Shown one piece after another: positions 1-8,658 of a DNA stretch of 64,000 nt (position 1 is the first letter of the stretch; every line of letters starts with the position of its first letter). The DNA comes from Verrucomicrobiota bacterium (GTDB lineage: Bacteria > Verrucomicrobiota > Lentisphaeria > JABSQK01 > JAJFLO01): contig JAJFLQ010000134.1 in the NCBI GenBank assembly GCA_021772615.1, forward strand, positions 2,039 to 66,038, read 5' to 3'. The translations under genes were made by a program, and so were the position numbers. A model generated the notes under the pieces. It had not been told where the DNA came from. It saw only the letters and a list, made by a program, of their open reading frames with translations, and searched no databases.

Positions 1-2
1 TG

Positions 3-590
3 GTCATGAACCATCGCGGGCCGATCCGTATCGGCGAACTGGTCAGGTCAAGTCCGGGTGCGATAGCCGGCTGTACGTTGCGAGCCCGGCGCGGTTCGAT
101 AGTCTCTGTAGTTGTCAATGATCCATCACAATTCATCACGACCGCGACGCTGACTGCTACAGCTGACATTCCGCCACTGGCAGACATACACTATTTCCTC
201 ACCAACGATGGCGGTGATGCCTGGTTTCGCATAGAGTCCGGCAAGGCATTCGACTTCCCGAAATCAGGTAGCCAACTGCGATGGCGTGCCGATATGTACG
301 CAGTGTCGCCGGCAACATCGCCCATCTTGCGGTCGATCATGATTACCGATGGCTCATCGCTACTGGACCGTCCTGAGAGCAGGAGAATCGGTATGCGCCT
401 CGTCCTCGTCATGGTTATCGTAATTGTCGCTGCGATAGCCTTCTCCGCCGGCTTTGGGACGAGACGCGCGATCCGAACGTTCGCAAGACACAGTTTGATT
501 GGAATGCCGATTGTGTCGCCCAAAATCAGTTGCCGACGATTCAGAAGCCGACTGATCAGCCGGAGATTGCGCTGCGCAGGTAGGGTGTGA
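3..590 (+). CDS. C-terminal part of a secreted/membrane-anchored beta-rich protein (probably begins upstream of the window)
   Basis: Frame is open from the window edge; beta-rich segment (YFLTNDGGDAW...LRWRA) followed by a hydrophobic helix and a basic tail. Confidence 0.5.
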   Translation, partial: VMNHRGPIRIGELVRSSPGAIAGCTLRARRGSIVSVVVNDPSQFITTATLTATADIPPLADIHYFLTNDGGDAWFRIESGKAFDFPKSGSQLRWRADMYAVSPATSPILRSIMITDGSSLLDRPESRRIGMRLVLVMVIVIVAAIAFSAGFGTRRAIRTFARHSLIGMPIVSPKISCRRFRSRLISRRLRCAGRV

Positions 591-1299
591 TTTTTTCCCG
601 TACGGGCAATATTTTGAACAATCGCGAATCTGCGTATCTCTTGTGGGAACGTTGTGCCTCCCGAAGAACCTGGAGCCTCGCGGTCTTCGTCAATGCCGTG
701 TGCCGCCGCTGCTTCCATTCAAAGGTGTACGTCTCGAGATCGGCAAGGCTGCGTGCATCGATTCCAAATTCCTGCGCCACGGATATGATCAGCGGATTAT
801 GGCCTGTTCCTACAATCACTTCCTTCGAAATCGTGGACTGCAACAATTCCCAGGACCCGAATGCAGACGGCCCCACATGTACCTGCATCCCGAGGCGAGT
901 CCAGTCCATCGTTGTTCTGGAGCGGTCCGGCAAAGTTGGATCTAATATAACGCGCGTGAGGTAGGCCGGCGCCTGAATATCAAAATGGTGAATGACCAGG
1001 TCTATGCTGCTTTCTGTCATCGGCGGCGGCCCTTCCGGTAGCTGAGATATCACCGTCTCGTCGTGCCTGTCTTCGTCGGCTACCAGATCCGACACGGCAG
1101 GCTCACGAGCGAGAATGGCATCGTAGCCCCACGCAGTGTCGGAAGAATAACCCGATGTTTTTCGAAATTGATTTCGATCGTGATGGTGAATCGCGGAAAT
1201 GATGTCAACCAGCAGGTATGCTGCACAACCAGCGGATATCAGGACACCAAGGCATGAGAATATTCTAAAAACACTTCTCTCTGAAACGGTTATATTCAT
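556..1299 (-). CDS. hypothetical membrane-anchored protein, possibly a degenerate zincin-like fold
   Basis: ATG at 1299 with AGAGGAG RBS; N-terminal TM helix; VGPSAF..W..L.STI.KE segment. Confidence 0.55.
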   Translation of the reverse strand: MNITVSERSVFRIFSCLGVLISAGCAAYLLVDIISAIHHHDRNQFRKTSGYSSDTAWGYDAILAREPAVSDLVADEDRHDETVISQLPEGPPPMTESSIDLVIHHFDIQAPAYLTRVILDPTLPDRSRTTMDWTRLGMQVHVGPSAFGSWELLQSTISKEVIVGTGHNPLIISVAQEFGIDARSLADLETYTFEWKQRRHTALTKTARLQVLREAQRSHKRYADSRLFKILPVREKITPYLRSAISG

Positions 1300-1729
1300 T
1301 TCAAATGCTCCTCTTCCAGTCCGGCACACCGCACGCGGCGTTGATTATTCAATTCCGAATTCACTTACCACCGTGTGTTGGAGCAAATCGGATGCCAAAC
1401 GATTTTGAAAGAAGAGCTATTCGAGAAGGGTAAGGGAGGGACGTCTTTCCCTTACCTACCAGGTTGTGAAACCAGAAGTCAGTCCTCATATGGGACTGGA
1501 CATATTGCGTAAGTCGCTATATTGCAATGCGCTAATCGAAATATCGACAGATATGAAGAGACAAAGATGGGCATTGCCGCTGACGGTGGCGACGTCGTCC
1601 GCGGCCATTCGTCAGGTTGCCGACGGCGGCGACGTCTTAAGGACGGATTGACGGCGGTTGTTATCTCGCAACACATCCTCTTCATTGCCGCGACCTCCGG
1701 CTCGGGTTTGCCAATAACCGGACAATGAA

Positions 1730-3415
1730 TTACGTAACCGTTGTGTCCGCAACCACGGTTCCTAATCCTGCCGACCGCCCGCACAGCGGCACTTTGATCG
1801 AAAATGTCGTGCCGACGCCGACGGTGCTGTCACAGGTGATCGTCCCGCCGAGTTTCTGCACGATCAGGTTGTAGATGATGTGCAGCCCCAAACCGCTGCC
1901 GCCGGATCCCCGGCGAGTAGTGAAGAACGGATCAAAGATACGTGACAGATTGGCCACTTCGATTCCCTTGCCGTTATCTGAAAACGTGATATGCAAGTCC
2001 GTGTCATCCGCAGTAGCGCGGATGGTAATGGTCCCGGGTTCAGCTTCGGGATCAAACGCATGAATCAATGCATTAAGCACCAGATTCGTAAAAATCTGCG
2101 AAAACACGCCGGGATAGCTATCGAGCTGAATATCCGTTTCGCACTCAATGACTACCGAGTGCGCCGTCTTCTTCAATTTCGGCCCAAGGCTGAGAATAAT
2201 TTCGTTGATGTATTCCCTGAGTTGGAAGGTCCGAATTTCTTCGCTGGACTGGTCGACTGCCACCTGCTTGAAACTCTGAATCAGCTCTGACGCCCGCTCA
2301 AGATTGGTCAATATCATTTGACTGCTCTGGATGCTGGTTTCAACAAACTCCTCGAGATCGGACTTTTTCATCTTTTGCTGGCGAAACAGGTCGCGGAAGT
2401 CCTCGGCATCGCCGGCCAGCACGGACGCAGCCGTAACGCCGACGCCGACGGGCGTGTTTATTTCATGGGCGATCCCGGCAACAAGTCCGCCGAGCGATGC
2501 CATTTTTTCTGCCTCGACAAGTTGTTTCTGCGTCGTTTTCAAATTGTCCAACGCCTCCGAGAGTTCCCGGGTTCGTTCCTCGACCTTCTGCTCAAGGTTT
2601 TGACTGTAATCCTTCAATTTCTTGGACATGTCGATAAATGCAGAGGCAAGAACGCCGACCTCGTTTCGGTCATGGATCTCCAGATGCTCGGCCGCCGCAA
2701 AATTTCCGCCGGCCAGCTCATCCGCGGACTCGGTCAGCTTTATCAGAGGGCTGGATAGTCGGGTGGAAACATAAAGAACGATTCCGGCGCCGATCATGAT
2801 AAATATGATCGATGTGATTGTGGAATTGAGAATCATCCCTCGTATCTGGGTCCGGATGTCGCCGCGTGACGTGATGATTTCCTGATTTAGGGCATCCAAA
2901 GAAAAACCGAGTCGCAGACATCCCCAGCGGCGTATGCCGACGGTTATGGGCCGGATAAATTCCAGGTAGGCAATGTTTTCTCCGGTGTACTCGTTGACGA
3001 CCGGTTTTGTCTGTGCGGCAGCAAAGTCATCCTCTGCTGCCGTCAGGCGCTCGCGGGTTAGGTCGGGTTGTAGGGTGTGAATAAACGCGACATGCTCCGC
3101 ATCCATGATAATGCCGTAGGAAAGGTCACGATTGTCCCTTACCGCGTCATGAACGGCTTCGGTCAGGTTGGAAAAATTCAGGGCCGCGATGTCGTTTTCC
3201 GCCTGCCCTCCCAGATTCTCGGCCAAAGTGGTGCCGCGTTCGACCAGAATTTCCTTCATCAAACCGATCCGGCGCTCAAGATCTGTTTCCATAAGGCGCT
3301 TCTGGGCGGTGATCTGCAATGTGGTGAGAGTGGCCAGCAGGCACACGATCAGGCCAATCATGGTCGTGAGTAAACTTCGACGTATACCGTGCTTTACCTG
3401 AGCCGGCCGAATCAT
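1730..3415 (-). CDS. HAMP-domain sensor histidine kinase
   Basis: Two TM helices, periplasmic domain, HAMP, H-box GIAHEINTP, N/G1/F/G2 boxes (NALIHAF, DNGKGI, FDPFFTT, GSGLGL). Confidence 0.95.
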   Translation of the reverse strand: MIRPAQVKHGIRRSLLTTMIGLIVCLLATLTTLQITAQKRLMETDLERRIGLMKEILVERGTTLAENLGGQAENDIAALNFSNLTEAVHDAVRDNRDLSYGIIMDAEHVAFIHTLQPDLTRERLTAAEDDFAAAQTKPVVNEYTGENIAYLEFIRPITVGIRRWGCLRLGFSLDALNQEIITSRGDIRTQIRGMILNSTITSIIFIMIGAGIVLYVSTRLSSPLIKLTESADELAGGNFAAAEHLEIHDRNEVGVLASAFIDMSKKLKDYSQNLEQKVEERTRELSEALDNLKTTQKQLVEAEKMASLGGLVAGIAHEINTPVGVGVTAASVLAGDAEDFRDLFRQQKMKKSDLEEFVETSIQSSQMILTNLERASELIQSFKQVAVDQSSEEIRTFQLREYINEIILSLGPKLKKTAHSVVIECETDIQLDSYPGVFSQIFTNLVLNALIHAFDPEAEPGTITIRATADDTDLHITFSDNGKGIEVANLSRIFDPFFTTRRGSGGSGLGLHIIYNLIVQKLGGTITCDSTVGVGTTFSIKVPLCGRSAGLGTVVADTTVT

Positions 3416-3440
3416 AGTGTGTTACCTTCCCGCAGCGGGG

Positions 3441-4373
3441 TTATTCGATAATACGATTCACGGAACCAAGGGCACTGAAATTGATCTTCACGTCGTACGC
3501 TTCGACCTTACGCAGATTCACGGTAATTTCGGTCCCGACAGGGTCCTGAAATCCGGGCGTGGAGGCTTTGTTATTGATAAGATCGTTCACCAGGCCGGCC
3601 GCCTGGCGACCGATCGTAGGAATGTCCGCCGAGACCACCAACATCGCGCCAAGTTCGGCGTAGATCGGATCGTGGGCGAAGACCGGTAACCTCGCCGCAT
3701 CGGCTTTCGAGTAAATATGCAGGATCTGTTCCTTAGAGGAAAACACCACCGGGTCCGGCGTCAACCAAAGTGCATCCACCCGACCTGGCAGGGACTCAAG
3801 TGCCTTGTGGACGTCCTTGACGCGTGCGACGTCGAAACCGACAATCTCAAGATCACGGTCACGTCCGTTTGCAACCGCGACATCCAGCCACTCCTTGTTA
3901 TATTGTTTGCTGTAGATCACGCCGATTCGCCGAACGTCTGGAAACAGATAACGCACCATCGTGAGCTGAAGACTGGCCGGAACCTCGTTGGCGATTCCGT
4001 GGGTTCTCCCGGATAGCGGAAACCGTTTCCAGTTGATCACCGATGAAACCACCAGATACCGCCCGCTCGGAGTCGACGCGGCCAACTGGTATGCCGTCGA
4101 TCCAATGCAGTAGAGCGCCCGAGGATTCGCGGATGTGATCTCCCGCGCCAGTCTGGCGGAGTCGACTCGATCAGCCTCAATGTCCAGGAGCACCAGGGGA
4201 CGCCGTATTTCGTTCACGAACGCTTCTTGTGCCTTCGTGTACTTACCGATAGCGGCATTGGTGTTCATGACGAGGACGCCGTCCGCCCTTGCCGTACCGT
4301 CGCCGACAGCGAGAAGCGTCGTAACGGCAAGAAGGAACACCGTGCTCTCAATGGTTTTCATGAAACAGGTCAT
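3441..4373 (-). CDS. ABC-type substrate-binding protein (periplasmic sensory partner)
   Basis: Signal peptide; RRIGVIYS, DALWLTPDP, IGRQAA, EITVNLR motifs typical of the ABC_sub_bind family; no permease or ATPase adjacent. Confidence 0.8.
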   Translation of the reverse strand: MTCFMKTIESTVFLLAVTTLLAVGDGTARADGVLVMNTNAAIGKYTKAQEAFVNEIRRPLVLLDIEADRVDSARLAREITSANPRALYCIGSTAYQLAASTPSGRYLVVSSVINWKRFPLSGRTHGIANEVPASLQLTMVRYLFPDVRRIGVIYSKQYNKEWLDVAVANGRDRDLEIVGFDVARVKDVHKALESLPGRVDALWLTPDPVVFSSKEQILHIYSKADAARLPVFAHDPIYAELGAMLVVSADIPTIGRQAAGLVNDLINNKASTPGFQDPVGTEITVNLRKVEAYDVKINFSALGSVNRIIE

Positions 4374-5179
4374 GGCGCCAAAAGCCCATTTTCGAGGTCG
4401 CCTATTTTTTTCATGCTCTCCAGATTGATCATGCTCAATCGACGCTTTCCGGCCAATTTGTCGCCCATTTTTTCGACCACGTCCACCAGCTGTCTGGCAT
4501 TGTCGTCGGCCGGTTCAAACACGGCGACAATGGGAAGCAGGATTTCCTCACTGGCGCCCAGGACATGGAGCACGCGATAATCCTTGGGGCTGACAACCGC
4601 AAGCGTTTCAAAATTCGATTCGGTGGTCAGGGCAAATTTCACGACGCCAAATCCTATGGCCATCAATCCATCGATATCTTTGGGGACTTTGAGAATTTCA
4701 ACGGAATCGACGATGTCCTGCTGCGCCGCTCCGAGGATCTGCGCCAACATTTCGCGCGTATATTCTTCACTTCCGGCCGACGCGAGCTTCTGGTTCATCA
4801 GCGATGCCGCCGATGTAATGGATTTTTCGGCACACAGGATTCTCCGCTGTGTCGTGCGGCCCTGTACCGTGCCGACCAATACCGGTTCCAGAGCGAAATT
4901 ACTCTGAAGCTGCCGGTAGTGCCAACTGGAGATCAGCAATAACCCGGGAGGCCTCTTCAATAAAAACGTCTCGAAATTCTGGCGATCACTGAACGGTTGG
5001 AATTCGTACGCGCCAAATGTCGAAAGATAGCTATCCAATTCCCCCTTGAGTGAACTGAAATTATTAATGCTGGTTTCCGTGTTGTAGAAAAAAATGGTAT
5101 ACGGCGCCGCGGCGGCCGGCGATGCCGCCAACGCCATAATCACCAGCAGTGGTGCAGTTATTGTTCGGAAATATGCCAT
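4370..5179 (-). CDS. PhnD/SsuA-like periplasmic substrate-binding protein
   Basis: Signal peptide from the ATG at 5179 (MAYFRTITAPLLVIMALAASPAAA); type II periplasmic binding protein-like pattern; 4-bp overlap with the next gene. Confidence 0.65.
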   Translation of the reverse strand: MAYFRTITAPLLVIMALAASPAAAAPYTIFFYNTETSINNFSSLKGELDSYLSTFGAYEFQPFSDRQNFETFLLKRPPGLLLISSWHYRQLQSNFALEPVLVGTVQGRTTQRRILCAEKSITSAASLMNQKLASAGSEEYTREMLAQILGAAQQDIVDSVEILKVPKDIDGLMAIGFGVVKFALTTESNFETLAVVSPKDYRVLHVLGASEEILLPIVAVFEPADDNARQLVDVVEKMGDKLAGKRRLSMINLESMKKIGDLENGLLAP

Positions 5180-5376
5180 TCGACGACCGTGTTTTCTGAT
5201 TGCGCCACGTTTTTCGGGACCGGATGATATCCGTCGTAACAGTATCGAATCTTCGGTTTTTAACAAATGGAAATCCGGCCTCAATCGTAATTGTTTTTGC
5301 CGCCGCAACTTGTAGGTGACTCTCTGGTGCGATTTATTACGGTATTTGCAATCCCAACATTCTTCGACGGAGACCT

Positions 5377-7560
5377 ATGATGACTGGTAGCGAGAAAATC
5401 CTTTTCCGCGGCGGTTCGATTTTTTTACTAGTCGCCATAAGCTGTCAAATGGCGCTGGCAGAAGAGTCGACGCCGCCGGAACCGAGCGGCATATTGGACT
5501 CACTGGATGACGACATCGAATGGATTCAGGCCGAGGCCGTAATCTTCAGCGCGTCGAAGAAGGAAGAAAAGCTCTTCACAACTTCGGCGGCGGCCTATGT
5601 CGTCACCTCCGAAGACATCCGGCGGTCCGGCGTGACCAGTATTCCCGACGCACTACGGATGGTGCCCGGCGTGAACGTTGCCCAGATAGATGCCAGTAAA
5701 TGGGCCGTGTCCATCCGCGGATTTAACGACCGCTTTGCCAACAAGCTCCTGGTTCTGATCGACGGCAGAAGCATCTATACGCCGGCCTTCAGCGGGGTGT
5801 ACTGGGAAATTCACGATGTCATTCTGGAGGATGTAGACCGAATTGAAGTGATCCGCGGTCCCGGAGCGACGCTGTGGGGCGCCAATGCCGTCAACGGTGT
5901 CATAAACATCATTACCAGGAAAACCGGTACGACACAGGGAGTGTTTGTCGAAGCCGGCGGCGGAAATCAGCAACAGGGATTCGGAAGTTTCCGGTACGGC
6001 GGCAAACTCGGCGATAACGCGACGTATCGCCTTTATGGTAAGTACGTCGACCGGGATAGCAACCACGACGATTCCGTCGTCGATACAGAAGACGACTGGC
6101 GTCTGGCTATGGGTGGATTCAGGATGGATTGGGACATAACCAGCGAGGACCGGCTGATGCTGCAGGCCGGCATGAACACTGTCACAGCCGGCACGTCGCA
6201 GAACCAGGTGAATTTGGCGGTGAACAGCTTCGCATCCAGCCTCACCAAGCCGTTGGAGATCACCACAAACGATGATTTCGAATTCGATACTTTTCATACA
6301 CTGGCCCGATGGGAACACCAGATCGCCGAAAACGAGAGTTTCAGTCTGCAACTATTCTACGATCGCTACGTGCGGCACGATGCGTTGCAGCAATTCCAGG
6401 AAACCATCGACACCATAGATCTGGAGTTTCAACACAACTTTCCACTTCTCGATGTCCATGAAATCACCTGGGGCGCCGGCTACCGGACGGTTTTCAGCGA
6501 TGTCGACAACTCGGCCTTCCTCAATACGACCGATCCGGAGCGAAACGTCGACTTGGTGAATGCGTTTGTCCAGGACCGTTTTACACTGATTCCGGATCGC
6601 CTGTTTCTCACCGCCGGTTCCAAGTTCGAGTATAACGATTTTACCGGGTTCGAAATGCAGCCGGGCATCCGACTTGCATGGACGCCTGGTCCGAAACACA
6701 CGGCATGGGCGTCGGTAACACGAGCCGTTCGCACGCCGTCCCTGCTGGATGACGGCCTCACCGTAGTATCGTCGCTCGATCGCTTTCAGGTGATGGCTCC
6801 GGTGCCCGACCCGTCCGCGCCGCAGAATACCGTTCTCGGGACCGTTCAAGGGATCAATACCACGATTCTCCTCGGCAATGATGATTTTGAAAGTGAGGAG
6901 TTGGTCGCCTACGAAGTAGGCTATCGGCATCAGTTCAACGAGGCGTTGACCGTTGATGTCGCAGCATTCTATAACGATTATTCAGATTTGCGCACCGCCG
7001 ACATCATCCAGGGGGCTCCGACGCTGACCGGCGTTGCCGGCATAAATCCGGTTGTTTACGATGCCATGGCGCAAACGACGATACTATTTAACAATGACAT
7101 GACGGGCGAAACCTACGGCGCCGAGGTTGCGGCGAACTGGCAGGTCACGGATATCTGGCGTTTGGCGGCGACCTATTCCTACGTCGAGATTCAGCTCCAC
7201 AACCGTGCCCAAAGTCCTAACGGCATTATCGAGACCGATGAAGGTCGGACACCTGAAAATCAGGCCAGCCTGCGGTCCCATCTTGACCTGCCGTGGAATC
7301 TCGAATTCGATACCGGGCTGTACTACGCCGACACCATAATCGGCGGCGCGGCAGGCAGGCTTGAACCTGGACCAGGCGTACCTGCGTACCTGCGGCTCGA
7401 TGCAAGAATCGGCTGGCGACCGCGTGAGAATCTGGAATTCAGCGTCGTGGCCCAGAATCTCGGCGACAATCAGCACCGCGAATTCAGCAGTACCCCTGAC
7501 AACGTCAATTCTTCGGAAGTAAAGCGTAGCGTGTACGCGGTTGTCCAGTGCCGGTTCTAA
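5377..7560 (+). CDS. TonB-dependent receptor
   Basis: Plug motifs (DALRMVPGV, LVLIDGRS, RIEVIRGPGATLWGANAVNGVINIIT); beta-barrel ending in C-terminal Phe; GGAG RBS. Confidence 0.95.
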   Translation: MMTGSEKILFRGGSIFLLVAISCQMALAEESTPPEPSGILDSLDDDIEWIQAEAVIFSASKKEEKLFTTSAAAYVVTSEDIRRSGVTSIPDALRMVPGVNVAQIDASKWAVSIRGFNDRFANKLLVLIDGRSIYTPAFSGVYWEIHDVILEDVDRIEVIRGPGATLWGANAVNGVINIITRKTGTTQGVFVEAGGGNQQQGFGSFRYGGKLGDNATYRLYGKYVDRDSNHDDSVVDTEDDWRLAMGGFRMDWDITSEDRLMLQAGMNTVTAGTSQNQVNLAVNSFASSLTKPLEITTNDDFEFDTFHTLARWEHQIAENESFSLQLFYDRYVRHDALQQFQETIDTIDLEFQHNFPLLDVHEITWGAGYRTVFSDVDNSAFLNTTDPERNVDLVNAFVQDRFTLIPDRLFLTAGSKFEYNDFTGFEMQPGIRLAWTPGPKHTAWASVTRAVRTPSLLDDGLTVVSSLDRFQVMAPVPDPSAPQNTVLGTVQGINTTILLGNDDFESEELVAYEVGYRHQFNEALTVDVAAFYNDYSDLRTADIIQGAPTLTGVAGINPVVYDAMAQTTILFNNDMTGETYGAEVAANWQVTDIWRLAATYSYVEIQLHNRAQSPNGIIETDEGRTPENQASLRSHLDLPWNLEFDTGLYYADTIIGGAAGRLEPGPGVPAYLRLDARIGWRPRENLEFSVVAQNLGDNQHREFSSTPDNVNSSEVKRSVYAVVQCRF

Positions 7561-7613
7561 CAGGATTCGGACCTTCGGCCGGCCACCATAGACGTTGTCC
7601 GATCGAACCGCTG

Positions 7614-8576
7614 TCAGCCGTTGATGAGATGGGCGTTCTCAAACGCCAATTGCACATTACGGCAAAACAGATCGATCAATTCCTTCTCGTTGTCCCGTAA
7701 CTTACTGCCGCCCTCCAGATATATCAGATTCTCACACGCGTCGTTTGCACGGATAAAAATTACCATGTAATCGTCAGTGTAAAGATTTGTCCGGGAGGAT
7801 ACTGCCCGCTTCAGGCTCTCCTGTACACGTGCAGGCACGACATCGAAGACATTCTGTTGAATCTTGTTTTGGTAGATGCCGGTGCCCGCCAGAATCGAAA
7901 AATCACCGCCGGCAACCTGGGTGACAAAACCGGTGGCCTGACAATACAGCGAGTTTTCCCCAAGATTCAGGAGCGATACCATCTGCGTCAACACGCCGTT
8001 AATAAAATTCTCCAGAGACTGGACCTTGAACAGCGAGAACGACGATTCCACAATCTGACGCAAGCCGATACGACTTTGTTCGATGGATGCAATGTGTTTG
8101 TATGCACGCAACGACGCCACGACAGTGGTAAACAGCCGCTGCTTGGTCAGCTCGGTCTTGGCCTTGTAGTCGTTGATATCATAATCGACGATGACTTTTT
8201 CTTCCGGAGCCTGCCCCGGTTGGCCGGTCCTTAGAATGATCTGAATACTTCGGTTCTGCAGTTCTTCTCGTATGTATTTTGCCAGCTGCAGACCAGCATC
8301 CTCTTCTTCCATGACGACGTCCAGGAGCACCAACGCGGTATCCGAATTTTCAGCGACACATTTCCTGCCCTCGGCGCCGGAGTACGCATGGATAAACGCA
8401 ATGGACTTGTCCTGATACGTGAACTTTCGCAGCGCCAGTTCCGTCACATTGTGAATTTCTTTCTCATCGTCAACGATGAGCACCTTCCAGTGACTCTGCA
8501 GCGCCTTGTCTTCCGCGGACGGTGCGTCTTCAAAAAACAGCAATTCATCGTTGAGGTCCTGGTCATCCGGAGTCAC
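7614..8576 (-). CDS. response regulator with DUF3369-like domain and no output domain
   Basis: GTG start with AGGAGG RBS; REC motifs (LIVDDE, LLDVVME, IILRTGQPG, DYKAK); C-terminal LIDLFCRNVQLAFEN. Confidence 0.85.
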   Translation of the reverse strand: MTPDDQDLNDELLFFEDAPSAEDKALQSHWKVLIVDDEKEIHNVTELALRKFTYQDKSIAFIHAYSGAEGRKCVAENSDTALVLLDVVMEEEDAGLQLAKYIREELQNRSIQIILRTGQPGQAPEEKVIVDYDINDYKAKTELTKQRLFTTVVASLRAYKHIASIEQSRIGLRQIVESSFSLFKVQSLENFINGVLTQMVSLLNLGENSLYCQATGFVTQVAGGDFSILAGTGIYQNKIQQNVFDVVPARVQESLKRAVSSRTNLYTDDYMVIFIRANDACENLIYLEGGSKLRDNEKELIDLFCRNVQLAFENAHLING

Positions 8577-8658
8577 AGTCGGCCTCCTGCAGGTCCGCCC
8601 TGTGTCCCCATGCATCCTGCTATCATAAGTGGCCTTTGTGATGTGCCGTTGACTTCCA

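Noticed and set aside
1429..1500. Hairpins GGTAAGGGA...TCCCTTACC and CAGTCC...GGACTG as a riboswitch
   Set aside because: Short isolated stems with no aptamer consensus; could be terminators.
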